A stretch of DNA of 64,000 nt from Alphaproteobacteria bacterium (GCA_049602055.1 JBMYRG010000019.1:1076-65075), one strand, 5' to 3'. Positions 1 to 10,098 are shown, counted from the stretch's first letter. Program-made: numbers and translations. The notes: a model not told the origin generated them from the letters alone.

Positions 1-1
1 T

Positions 2-199
2 AACCCGGCAAATGTCGAAGCGCATCGCGATCTGATCGTCAGCTATGCCAAGCTCGGGGAAGTCTGCCCGGGTCAAGGGTGGTGGGCAAAAGGGCTGGCA
101 GTATGTGAACAGCTGGTCGCACAGGGGAAATTGCAGCCAGCGGATAGCTGGATGCTTGACGATTTACGGCGCAAGGCAGACGCCGACACGCCCCTCTAA
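2..199 (+). CDS. 3' end of a TPR-like protein (partial, runs in from window start)
   Basis: Manual translation of frame 2: NPANVEAHRDLIVSYAKLGE...WWAKGLAVCEQLVAQGKLQPADSWMLDDLRRK*; resembles the DPxNxxWxRDLxVSxxxLG TPR-type repeat; stop TAA 197-199. Confidence 0.6.
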   Translation, partial: NPANVEAHRDLIVSYAKLGEVCPGQGWWAKGLAVCEQLVAQGKLQPADSWMLDDLRRKADADTPL

Positions 200-203
200 C
201 AGA

Positions 204-860
204 TTATTCGGTCGCGTCCCTAAGCTCAGCCGAGCGGTCGAACAGGTTGGGCACTGCTTCATTGGAATAGCCGGAGATGAACTCTTTCGGCGTTCGGGTT
301 TCTGCATCAAACACATGTCGCCGCACCGCCCCGATATTGGCGCCGTAAACATGAATACTGATCGATGGCCTGTCGCTCAGGGCGTTGGATACTTTGTGAA
401 TGTCGCCAATGGAAGGGGAAACGGCGCTGACCATCCCTTGTGTCAGAACCTCATCGCCGGTTTTGATCAGTGTGCCATCGGGTGCCGCTGAGAAGTTCTC
501 GCTGACCTCGCTGCCGCGCAACATGCCGATCAGTCCCCACACCGTATGATCATGAACCGGTGTGGTTTGACCAGGTCCCCAGACAAAACTCACCACAGAA
601 AACTGCTCCAGCGGGTCGCACCAGAGAAGATTCTGGCGATAGCTGTTTGGGTCAGGCTCGGCATAGGCGTCGGGGAGCCAGCTATCGTCGGTAACCAGCC
701 GTTCGAGGAACGAGCTTCCTTTGGCGAGTAAACTGTTTTCGTCGCTTTCAGTACGGACAAGCCGTGTCATGTCAGCGACAAAGTCCCGTAAGGGCGAGAT
801 CGAAGTCATTCTTTTCCTTGCATGGTATTGGCTAGGGTTTAACCGTTTTAAGACGGACAT
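204..860 (-). CDS. Cysteine dioxygenase family thiol dioxygenase, Gln-type (3-mercaptopropionate dioxygenase-like)
   Basis: YRQNLL..., SFVWGPGQTTPVHDHTVWG, GDIHKVSN, SIHVYG cupin motifs; true start probably at MTSISP. Confidence 0.85.
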   Translation of the reverse strand: MSVLKRLNPSQYHARKRMTSISPLRDFVADMTRLVRTESDENSLLAKGSSFLERLVTDDSWLPDAYAEPDPNSYRQNLLWCDPLEQFSVVSFVWGPGQTTPVHDHTVWGLIGMLRGSEVSENFSAAPDGTLIKTGDEVLTQGMVSAVSPSIGDIHKVSNALSDRPSISIHVYGANIGAVRRHVFDAETRTPKEFISGYSNEAVPNLFDRSAELRDATE

Positions 861-962
861 AATCTTGCCTTATTTGATGAGTATTAACAATTTTTGAGGG
901 GTATTAGCGGTACAACCTAAAAGGTCTCAGAGCCCTATTAAAAGGGGCAAGGGTGTATTGCG

Positions 963-3946
963 ATGAAAAAAACTTTCCTTACCGGCATCTCTTTTCTGAT
1001 TTCTGTCCTCGTCCTGTCGTCCTTTTCGATTGAACGGGGTGCTACGACTAATGATCAATAGCAACGACAGGCGGCCCTTAATGCGGTCAGCGCTGTGAGT
1101 ACGGTTTTTAAAGGGCTGCAGCTAAAGGCCTTTCGCCAGAATTCGGGTTATTGGGAAGCGAAGACCAAACTCGGTGGGTAGAGCATCACGGTTGTTTTGT
1201 TCAAACAGAAAAATAAAAATTCCTACGATGTGGCATTTACCGCCCCATTTATCAAACTCGGTAATTTGATCGCTGTCGCGAATAAGGGTGAGTTCACCAA
1301 ATAGTTAGCTCGATGCGAAGCAGGGAACAGACTTTGTAGGTAAGGTGCCAAAACCCATTCGAACCAAGGTATCGACGCTTCCAAAGCCGATTGCCCAGGC
1401 CATTGGTCAGGCACATCCGAATTTGCGGGAAATCTCTCTCCCCACAGGGATATTTCTGATCAACCAGTTTCTGCCTGGCGGCAACAAATTTGTTGGTGAA
1501 GTGTTTAAACAGTCCGGTTTAGGCAATCCGGTTGTCTCTTTCGCCCAGCGCGATGCCAGCAACTATGCTGACATTCTCAAAGGCAAGGCGATGTTAAAGA
1601 TGTCGTTCCTGTTGCGCCGCGATAACGCGGTAAATCGGGCTTTGGAGCTCACGCAAGTCTTAAAGTCTCCCAGGGATGCTGAACCTATTCTAACCCTCTC
1701 CGCGGCAACGAGCGGCGAAAGTTTCAAACTGGCCTACAAGGCACAATATCTCGTTGCTGGCCTATAGAAAGCAATCCAGACCGAGCTGTATTTCAACTAT
1801 AAAAAGGGCAAAGTTTCCGGCGCGCTCGCCGTTGATCTCGGTGATCTGAAAAATCCAACGATTGTTCCCGGACTGGTCGAGCTAAAAGATGTCTCTATGG
1901 ATGATGTGAGGCTCAGCGTGAGCTATGAGCCTGGTCCCAAAGCGACTGCGATGACCGTAGGGTTTCGGGCACCAAAGATGGTGGTAAAAAACCGGCGACG
2001 CTATGAGCCCGTGCAATTGTAACTGGCCATGACGCCAGCAGGGCTGACCGGTGCCCTGATTGATCTTAAATCCGAGAAAGTAGACATCGGAGCTGTTGCT
2101 GACCTGGCGGAGGTCGCGTTTCGCGCGCATTCGGCTTCGCAGGCAGTGCCGAATTGGGCCAAGAAAGATATTGCGAACAAGCTCCAACTCGACAAGTTGC
2201 CGCCCATCAACATCCATCAGGCCCAGATTTATCTTGCAACACCGGGCCAGAGTAAATCCAGCCACCTCGCAGATTTTCACGGGATTGGTGGCGCCGGCGC
2301 ACTGGTTAAGGGCAAGCTGTATGCCTTCAAAAGATCTCTTGCGATGGTCGATCTGGTGCTGGATACGAAGGGGGGTTTAAAAGCCAGAGCAGGAATAGAG
2401 CCCTTTGCTGTAGGACCGCTAGCGTTGAAGGACGCCTCATTCGATATCAAAGCCGGACCGGACGGGGCGCCACATTTTAAAATTCTTGGCAAAGGAACAA
2501 TAAAAGGGGCCACTCTTGCGGAAACGGTCCTTAATTTGTCCAGGTCGGGTTTCAAATGGACTCAGGATTTTGGCTGCCTGCCGCCTATGCTCAAAGCATC
2601 GATTGCCACAAAAGGGTTTACGCCAAGTGATATCAGCGTCAACGCCTCGAACTGTGCCGCCGAAGTTGCCAAGGCGGCATTGAATGCCGGAAAGGTTGCG
2701 GCGGTTCAAGTCGCCGAGACGTCTGGAAAAGCCTTTAAAGCAGGCGAAAAAGCCATTAAAGAGGCCGGGAAATGGGTCGCAGGGGCCGCTGGCGCGGCGA
2801 AGAAGTTTGCTAAAGACACAGGTTGCAAAGTCAGTAGTTTCTTCGGTGGTAAATGCAACAAGCGTAAGCGGGAAAGAGAACGCAAGGCCAAACGGGATGC
2901 GGCGCTCGCCAAAGCAGCTCACTATCGCAAGAACGTCCCTACGCCGGGCCATTGTGGTTGGGGCTGGTCCTGGAACCATAAATACCGGACCTGCTGGCAC
3001 AGCCCGGAGGCCAAAATGCTGGTCTATACGCTATAGGGCGCAGAAAAGGGCCGCTGTGTGAATATCATGGGCAAAGGGGTGAAGGCGGGATCGCAGCTAA
3101 AGCTGTGGGACTGTCTGGCAAAGGGTCGACAGCAATTTACCCAGGAACCAATTAGTGAGGGACCCTACTTTTACCTTAAATGGGCGCGCGATCTTTGCCT
3201 TCGGGCAGAGTCTGGCAAGGCGGGCGCTAGAGTATTTCTGGCCAAATGCCGCAATCAGGCCGCGCAGCGTTGGCGTGAGGCGCATGGTCGCCTGATAGGT
3301 CGAAACAAACTGTGCTTGCGGGCAAAAGATCTCAATAATAGAGGGTAGCCCACTTATTTTGCAGGAGTGCAACGCCGGTATAACGGTTTCTAAAACGGTG
3401 AAACCACCAATTGAATGGGTTTTTGTGACGCCGGAGAAAAATACCGCGAAAAACTATCACAAGAAATTTGGCGTTCGGACGAACAGCAAGCTGCGGATTG
3501 GTGGTTGGTGTCTTGAATCGCCTTCATTGCTGCCCGAAGAAAGGATTCGTCTGTAAAAATGTAATAATGATAAGTCGAGTCAACTCATTGCTATCGGCAA
3601 TGTTCATGGCCATTATTTAGCGCTCGTTCCGCAGAATTCTAAAATGTGTCTCGATGTGTTCGCTTATAAAAAATACGACTTTGCCAGGGTGGTCACCTGG
3701 CCGTGTAATTTTGGCGGGAACCAGCAATGGATTGCTGTTATCGGCGATGACAAGGTCACAACGGTCAAAACCCTCAAACATAAGACCGGGTTTATGATCA
3801 AGAACCGTTTCAGCGGCAAATGTCTGGCGCCGCACGTGAATATCCAAGGCAAACATCTGGTGCGGGCCTCGCAGGGGGCGCGTTTGGTCCAGGTTAAATG
3901 CAACCCGCGTGACCCAAACATGCGGTTTAAATCAGCGTCACGATAA
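963..3946 (+). pseudogene. Degraded ~990-codon secreted protein with C-terminal ricin-B (beta-trefoil) lectin repeats
   Basis: Signal peptide MKKTFLTGISFLISVLVLSS; in-frame stops at 1059, 1179, 1302, 1765, 2020, 3034, 3554; frameshifts at ~1305 and ~3343; motifs GRCVNI..LWDC, AQRW, MCLDV..WPC..GGNQQW, SGKCL. Confidence 0.8.
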
Positions 3947-4054
3947 TCTGCCTGTCTGCTCAATCGGGGATTTTGCCGTCCGACATTGCCGAGTGGAGAT
4001 GGGGTCTCTACACTTTCTTGATCAGAAAAAGAAGGTGTAGAGGGAGGCCGGTTC

Positions 4055-5152
4055 ATGCTGTTCATTCATAATGATGTCGTCGAAGAAATCCTCAATATGG
4101 AGGATTGTATCGCGGCGCAGGAACAGGCGTTCCGCGACCTGGCGGAAGGTAAGGCAACGCATCGGCCGCGGTCAGATATTTATGCGCCGTGCGAGCGTGA
4201 TGATGGCTATTACCGCTGGGGGACGATGGAAGGCTGTTCCGGCGGCTATCTCGCCATCCGGATGAAGTCGGACATCATGACCTGGCCGCGCGCCGAGGAT
4301 GGCAGCTGGACCGAGGATAAATACTGTGTTGAGCCCGGCACCTATTGCGGGCTCATCATGTTGTTCTCGGCGATGAATGGTGAACCGCTGGCCTTTATCA
4401 ATGACGGCGTGCTGCAGCATATGCGGGTCGGTGGCGGCGGCGGTATCGGCGTCAAATATCTTGCCCGCGATAACGCCACGACTGTCGGTATGCTGGGTTC
4501 CGGCGGCATGGCCCGGACCTATCTGCAGGCCTATTGCGCGGTGCGCGGGATCACCAAGGTAAAGGTCTATAGCCCGACCAAAGCAAATCGCGAGGCTTAT
4601 GCATCCGAGATGAGCCGGCGCCTTAACATTGAGATACAACCCGTTGATAGTGCAGAGGAAGCGGTTCGTGGTGTTGACATTGTTTCGAGCTGTTCAGACT
4701 CGATGGAGCCGACCTTCGAGGCTGACTGGCTATCGCCCGGTCAGCACGTCACCATGCTTGGTCCGATGGAAATTTCCAATGAGGTTCTTGAGCGTGTTGA
4801 TGTTCGCATTTCACAAGGTAGTGGCGGTCTCGATATTGATAGCAAGGGCACTGAAAAGGGAGTCGGTCACAGCCCACTGGCCTGGGTCGCGGGTTCCGAG
4901 GAAGAACGCAAGCGTCTGCCGGAGAAGCAGGAGAACTTCAACTTCATCGTCGATTTTCCGACCTTTGGGGATTTGGTTAATGATCCATCTATCGGCCGTA
5001 CAGATGATGATCAGATCACGTTCTATCATAACGTCGGCAATCAGGGTCTGCAATTCTCGTCCGTCGGCGGGCTGGTCTATGAAAAGGCGCTGGAAGCCAA
5101 GGTCGGGCGGCATATGCCTACCGAATGGTTCCTGCAGGATATCCGCGACTAA
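4055..5152 (+). CDS. Ornithine cyclodeaminase/mu-crystallin family protein
   Basis: GEPLAFIND..LQHMRVG, GMLGSGGMA NAD-binding motif, QITFYHNVG. Confidence 0.85.
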   Translation: MLFIHNDVVEEILNMEDCIAAQEQAFRDLAEGKATHRPRSDIYAPCERDDGYYRWGTMEGCSGGYLAIRMKSDIMTWPRAEDGSWTEDKYCVEPGTYCGLIMLFSAMNGEPLAFINDGVLQHMRVGGGGGIGVKYLARDNATTVGMLGSGGMARTYLQAYCAVRGITKVKVYSPTKANREAYASEMSRRLNIEIQPVDSAEEAVRGVDIVSSCSDSMEPTFEADWLSPGQHVTMLGPMEISNEVLERVDVRISQGSGGLDIDSKGTEKGVGHSPLAWVAGSEEERKRLPEKQENFNFIVDFPTFGDLVNDPSIGRTDDDQITFYHNVGNQGLQFSSVGGLVYEKALEAKVGRHMPTEWFLQDIRD

Positions 5153-5194
5153 AACGTTAAATAGCCCTATACTGGTTGGGGAAAGGAGTGCGCC

Positions 5195-6025
5195 ATGCCT
5201 GACTCCCCAAGCTCCGAATTTAGCGAAACTGGTAAATTGCGGGTCATTGATCCGCAAAACGACCCGCTCTGGCAAAAGATTGACGCTTTTGACCTTGATG
5301 ACCTCGATGCCGATTTGAGCTTTACCGCCCGCTTGGCCCGTGAGAATGGCTGGAAGCCTGATTACGCCAGCCGCGTGGTCGAGGAATATAAGCGGTTTGT
5401 CTATCTCGCGATCCGCGCCGGCCATGAGGTAACGCCATCTGACGCGGTGGATCAGGTCTGGCATCTGCATCTGACCTACAGCAAAAATTACTGGGATGAA
5501 TTCTGCAAAGATGTCCTGACGATGCCACTGCATCACGGCCCGACGAAAGGCGGCAAGCCCAAGGCCGAGAAATACTGGGAGCAATATCATCGCACGCTCG
5601 ACTCCTATCAGGAAATATCCGGCGAGCCGCCACCGTCCGATATCTGGCCGTCGTCACGTGACCGCTTTGCCGATGTCAGTGCGATGCGCCGGGTCAATGG
5701 CGCGCAAAACTGGATCATCCGTAAGCCAACCCTGCAGCAATTCCGGATCATCCGCTGGGGGGCGCTGGTCGCCGGTATTGTGCTGATTATCCTCGGCTAT
5801 CCATGGGTTGCGCTGTGTGCCGGGGCGTTCTGGCTGATGTGTAGCGCTGTCATGGCACGCGAGGAGCGGCTGACGATGCGGCGCCATCGCGAAGACGGCA
5901 ATCTGACGATGCTGGCTGGCGGCTATATCATGACCGAAGGCATGCGCGGCGACGGGCTTGGCGATTTTAACGGGCCTGGCGGTGGTGACGGCGGTAGCGG
6001 GTGCGGCGGCTGTGGTGGTGGCTAA
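5195..6025 (+). CDS. Glycine-rich domain-containing (GRDP-like) membrane protein
   Basis: RLARENGW..EEYKRF..PSDAVDQVWHLH motif; two TM helices; GGSGCGGCGGG tail. Confidence 0.8.
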   Translation: MPDSPSSEFSETGKLRVIDPQNDPLWQKIDAFDLDDLDADLSFTARLARENGWKPDYASRVVEEYKRFVYLAIRAGHEVTPSDAVDQVWHLHLTYSKNYWDEFCKDVLTMPLHHGPTKGGKPKAEKYWEQYHRTLDSYQEISGEPPPSDIWPSSRDRFADVSAMRRVNGAQNWIIRKPTLQQFRIIRWGALVAGIVLIILGYPWVALCAGAFWLMCSAVMAREERLTMRRHREDGNLTMLAGGYIMTEGMRGDGLGDFNGPGGGDGGSGCGGCGGG

Positions 6026-6078
6026 GCCGCGCCGTTAGCGTTAAATTGTGGCGGAAACCCAATTGAGAGAGAGTCCCC

Positions 6079-6861
6079 ATGGATGTTCAGGCTGTCGAAA
6101 CCTCATCCTCCATTCGTAATCAGGTGAGTGCCGAAGAGTGGGAGGCGCGTGTCACGCTGGCAGCGGGGCACCGGGTGCTGGCGCATTATGGCGTCAATGA
6201 CATGACCTATAACCATTTCAGCCTACGAGTCCCCGGTGAACCCGATCATTTTTTGGTTAAGCCGACCGACTGGATGTTCAATGAGGTTACCGCCAGCTCG
6301 CTGCACAAGTTCGATCTCGATGGTAATCCGGTCGCGCCGCATGAAGGCAAGAACTGTATTGGTGGTGCCTTGATCATTCATGGCGGCATGCTCAAGGGAC
6401 GCCCTGATCTTGATGCCGTGCTGCATACCCATACGCCGGAGGTGATGGGTGTCTCGTCACACAAGTTTGGACTGCTGCCGATCAGCCAGCATTCGATGCG
6501 CTTCTATGGCGAAATGAAATATCATGATTTTAATGGCTTCGAGTTCGATGCGGAGATGACACCGCGGCTGATCAAGGACCTTGATGGCGGCAAATATGCG
6601 CTGTTGCGTAACCACGGCGCGCTAATCTCCGGCAATAGTGTGCCGGAATGTGTGGTCAATCATCACTGGCTCGATATGGCCTGCAAAGGCCAGGTCGCGG
6701 CGCTGGCAGCGGGTGAGGGCAACTACCTCGTACCGGATAAAGAAGCCAGCGAATATGCCGCGCAGCAATTCAGGGATGCTGGCGCTTTCCTTAACGGCAG
6801 CAAGGACTGGGAGGCATGTATACGTCTCGCGGACCGGCTGGATCCTTCCTATAAGGAATAG
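6079..6861 (+). CDS. Class II aldolase/adducin family protein
   Basis: NHFSLRVP, IHG, LHTHT, LLRNHG Zn-binding His motifs. Confidence 0.9.
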   Translation: MDVQAVETSSSIRNQVSAEEWEARVTLAAGHRVLAHYGVNDMTYNHFSLRVPGEPDHFLVKPTDWMFNEVTASSLHKFDLDGNPVAPHEGKNCIGGALIIHGGMLKGRPDLDAVLHTHTPEVMGVSSHKFGLLPISQHSMRFYGEMKYHDFNGFEFDAEMTPRLIKDLDGGKYALLRNHGALISGNSVPECVVNHHWLDMACKGQVAALAAGEGNYLVPDKEASEYAAQQFRDAGAFLNGSKDWEACIRLADRLDPSYKE

Positions 6862-6943
6862 GTCCTGGCGTCCCTTTGCGGACTGGCATTTTTCATGCCA
6901 TAGCGAGGTTAATAGTCGTCGGGATTGTATGAGGGGACTACTC

Positions 6944-7546
6944 GTGAAAATTCTGCGCGCTGTAGCTGTCAGCTGTGTTGCCGCCCTGATGTCATTTCAG
7001 GCGCAGGCGCTGACTATCGCGATGAACCTCAATGTCTTTACTGATCCGGGGTTGACGAATCCGGCCTTTGTATTTGGTCAGGGAGAAACGGCTTATTTTG
7101 GTGCCGACGTTACCGGAACATTGGAAGCTGGCGAAACCAGCGCTACCATCGATTCCGTTGCCTTTACCGATATTACCATTAATGGTCCGGGAGGTCCGAT
7201 CATCATTCTTACGGGTGGCATTGTTCAGGCCGCCGGTCTTGCCCGCAGCCTTCTTGTGAATGATTATCTTGGCCCCTCCGTCTCGCAACCATCTGCTGTT
7301 CCTCTGGATTTTAACTATTTGATCGATGGGGCGCTTGACCCCAGCGAAATCTATTCGGTTCTGGCGACAGTCGATGTGACGGCAACAATTAACGGTGGCG
7401 GCCCGACAGTAATACAAGCGCAGGCGCTAACGGTTGATTTTCAGATTGAAGCCGACGCTCCCTCAATTCCTGCTTCCGGGGGCTTCTTGTTCTTTGCGGC
7501 AGGGGCTGTATATGCCGGGGCTGCGCGTCGAAAAGCACGCGCTTAA
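6944..7546 (+). CDS. Secreted protein with variant PEP-CTERM-like C-terminal sorting signal
   Basis: GAGGGG RBS then GTG 6944; signal peptide ending AQA; acidic, low-complexity body; IPASGG + hydrophobic helix + RRKARA. Confidence 0.7.
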   Translation: MKILRAVAVSCVAALMSFQAQALTIAMNLNVFTDPGLTNPAFVFGQGETAYFGADVTGTLEAGETSATIDSVAFTDITINGPGGPIIILTGGIVQAAGLARSLLVNDYLGPSVSQPSAVPLDFNYLIDGALDPSEIYSVLATVDVTATINGGGPTVIQAQALTVDFQIEADAPSIPASGGFLFFAAGAVYAGAARRKARA

Positions 7547-7639
7547 TTACTCGAAAATCGGTAAATTGACGTCCGCGGGGTTTCCGGCGTCGATTGAATT
7601 CCAGTCCGGCAAGGCCTGCTCTCGAAGAGCAGTGCCCAG

Positions 7640-8167
7640 CTAAGCGCTTCCTCGATCTCCGAAAAACGCTCCCTCGCGGAAGATTACCGGCACGGTCTTG
7701 TTTTCTTTTGAATCGCCGCGCATTTCCTCGCCCTTGGCATTGAGGCGATAGGGCGCGGCCTGTTTCTTGTAATTCGGATTGCCGACCCGGATCATGACCA
7801 GAGGTTCCTCGCTGGTGGCAAAGAATTTATAAAGGTTGCCGCGTGGCAGCATGATGCCTTCCCACTGACCAAGTTCAATTGCTTCATCTTCAGGGCCAAA
7901 GAACCGGGCAGAACCCTGCAGGATCATAAAGCTGTGATCTTCATGTGGATGGGCGTGCAGTTCATTCTCGCCGCCCGAGGCATAGATTTTGAGCCGGATC
8001 GTGAGATCATCAGTCGCGGCCAGCACACTATCGGTGCGACCCTGATCGAGGAGCTGGCCTTTGAGGGAAAAGACATAGGGTGTTTTTTTGTCGGAAAGTG
8101 CGACCTCCTGCTCTTTCATTTCCTTGTTGGTCAGGGCGGGCGGGGTAAATTGCAGGGCATCAAGCAT
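7640..8167 (-). CDS. Cupin domain protein
   Basis: GGENELHAHPHEDHSFMILQG cupin motif 1; start codon uncertain. Confidence 0.8.
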   Translation of the reverse strand: MLDALQFTPPALTNKEMKEQEVALSDKKTPYVFSLKGQLLDQGRTDSVLAATDDLTIRLKIYASGGENELHAHPHEDHSFMILQGSARFFGPEDEAIELGQWEGIMLPRGNLYKFFATSEEPLVMIRVGNPNYKKQAAPYRLNAKGEEMRGDSKENKTVPVIFREGAFFGDRGSA

Positions 8168-8277
8168 GGCATCGTTCCTTCTTCAAAATCATTGACCCCA
8201 ATTATACAGGGGATATGTCGGGATAAGCGAGTCCGGTGGTAGATAAGGTGTCATTTTAGCGATGACATACTGCCATC

Positions 8278-8349
8278 GTCATGCCGCACTTGATGCCGCA
8301 TCCGCCGCTGTTGTGGTAGACAAGGATCCCGGATCAAGTCTGGGGTGAC
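8278..8349. repeat. Alphaproteobacterial palindromic REP/RPE-like repeat, copy 1
   Basis: GTCATGCCGCACTTGATGCCGCATC...CCCGGATCAAGTCTGGGGTGAC; near-identical arms at 17069-17139. Confidence 0.8.
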
Positions 8350-8402
8350 AAGACTGTATGTGTGTTGGAGGACATTTCGTGTTGCTTGACGATGAACTAT
8401 AA

Positions 8403-8420
8403 TTGTTTGTACACATACAA
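8403..8420. promoter_or_regulatory. Putative NicR-like operator upstream of the Pcd-like UbiD
   Basis: TTGTTTGTACACATACAA; 16/18 identical to the box upstream of hnr (TTGTATGTACACAAACAA); overlaps TATAAT at 8398-8403. Confidence 0.75.
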
Positions 8421-8459
8421 ATATAGTTTTGGTGATTTAGCGCCACAGGAGGAGACATT

Positions 8460-10025
8460 ATGGCAGACCGGTTAGCTGTAAAGCTGGAAGAAAAAGGGGC
8501 AAATGGCATGACGCGCGAAGAAGCGCTGGTCGATTTGCGCACCACGCTCGATTGGCTTGGCGATGATGTTCAATATATTGATGGCGAGGTCGATCCGCTG
8601 GTCGAGATGTGCACCATCACAAAGGCGTTTGATAATTCCAAAGTGATCGTTGCCAATAACATCAAGGGCTATCCCGGCGTCCGGATGATCTCCAATCTGT
8701 ATTCGCGCAAGGAACGGGTAAACCGGTTCCATGGCGTTGAAGACTTCCGCGATATCAAGCATCAGCTGCTCAACCAGGTGAATAACCCAATCCCGCCGCG
8801 GATCGTCGATGATGCGCCGGTTCAGGAAGAAGTGCTGATTCCGGGCAAGGATTTTGATCATATCCACGATATCATTCCCGTGGCGACGCATACGTTTGAT
8901 GATGGCGGCCAGATTTTTGGCGCCGGGTCACATCTGTTTATGGGAGAGCCCTGGGTACCGGGTGGCGGCAGCCAGATTTCGATGTATCGCATGTCTTTCC
9001 GCGAAGGGCAGAAATATGCGTCGATCAACATGGTGCCAGGCGGTGCTGGTGATGTGATCTGCTCGCATCACCCAGGCAAGAAAGTTCCCTGTACCGTCAA
9101 TATCTGTCCACCTGTAGGACCCGAACTGGTGTCGGTTTCAACAATGAACCCGGTGATATTCCCCGGCCAGACCGACAAGCTCGGCTTTGCCGGTGCCATT
9201 CAAGGCTATCCGGTTGACGTTGTAAAAGCGCGCACCGTCGACGCCTATACCATCGCCAATGCCGAATGGTCACTTGAGGGCTATGTGCTTGAAGGCGAAC
9301 GGGTCTGGGAAACCGAAGAGGCTGAACGGATGGGCAAGCAGGGTGTTGCCTTGCTGCATCCGGAATGGGCGCGCTCGATGGGTCACGCCTATCGTACACC
9401 GCGCGCATTCCAGCTCACCGCCGTGACACGCCGTAAAAAGAACCCGATTGTCTACACACCGCATTTTGGCGCGTTCTGGTATGAAGCCCCGTTCATGTGC
9501 GCCAGCGTTTATGAGTTGTGCGAACGCATGGCGCCGGGCTTTGTAAAAGATGTTGCGAGCTGGCTTGGTCTCACTTTGTGGGGTGGGCTGGTTATTCAGG
9601 TCAAGAAGCGCCGCCGTTCTGATGAAGGTATGCAGCGCAATCTGCTGACCGCCATCATGGGGCTCTATCGTGGTATGCGGCTGGTGGTCGTGGTCGATGA
9701 GGATATTGATCCATGGCAGCCCGAAGATGTCATGTGGGCGATCCAGTCCCGCGCCTCGGCCCAGAAGGACTATATCGTCTACAATGAATATGGCCGTGGA
9801 CAGGCTTTCCAGCCATCAGAGCTCAAGATCGGTAATATTTCGGTCTCGGATGGCGGTATGGGTATCGATGCAACCGCGCCGCTAGGTGAGCAGGTTTATG
9901 AACGGTCAAAATACCCCGTCGATCAGATGGATTTCTCCAAATGGCTCAGCGAGGATGAAATCGCCGAGCTCAAAAATATGCAGGATCCATACTTCCGCTG
10001 GCTCGGCGAAACCGGTCACGGTTGA
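8460..10025 (+). CDS. UbiD-family decarboxylase, phthaloyl-CoA decarboxylase (Pcd/PhtDa)-like clade
   Basis: HPEWARSMGHAY replaces the canonical EGPFGE; AGAIQG.PV..VK.RT.DAYT, WGG.VIQVKKR, QRN.L.A, GRGQ.F.P.E and GGMGIDAT match recalled Pcd signatures; AGGAGGAG RBS. Confidence 0.8.
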   Translation: MADRLAVKLEEKGANGMTREEALVDLRTTLDWLGDDVQYIDGEVDPLVEMCTITKAFDNSKVIVANNIKGYPGVRMISNLYSRKERVNRFHGVEDFRDIKHQLLNQVNNPIPPRIVDDAPVQEEVLIPGKDFDHIHDIIPVATHTFDDGGQIFGAGSHLFMGEPWVPGGGSQISMYRMSFREGQKYASINMVPGGAGDVICSHHPGKKVPCTVNICPPVGPELVSVSTMNPVIFPGQTDKLGFAGAIQGYPVDVVKARTVDAYTIANAEWSLEGYVLEGERVWETEEAERMGKQGVALLHPEWARSMGHAYRTPRAFQLTAVTRRKKNPIVYTPHFGAFWYEAPFMCASVYELCERMAPGFVKDVASWLGLTLWGGLVIQVKKRRRSDEGMQRNLLTAIMGLYRGMRLVVVVDEDIDPWQPEDVMWAIQSRASAQKDYIVYNEYGRGQAFQPSELKIGNISVSDGGMGIDATAPLGEQVYERSKYPVDQMDFSKWLSEDEIAELKNMQDPYFRWLGETGHG

Positions 10026-10060
10026 TCCCAAAACAGACTTTCTGACAATAAGTTGAAGAC

Positions 10061-10098
10061 AACCCCGGCTTTCAAACGGAACGCTGGGGTTTTCTTTT
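10061..10098 (+). terminator. Rho-independent terminator
   Basis: AACCCCGGC...GCTGGGGTT stem followed by TTCTTTT. Confidence 0.7.

Noticed and set aside
963-3946. Stop-codon recoding (TAG/TAA read as Gln) to explain the many in-frame stops
   Set aside because: Many intact neighbouring genes end in TAA or TAG, and the same loci also carry frameshifts; pseudogenisation is the simpler explanation
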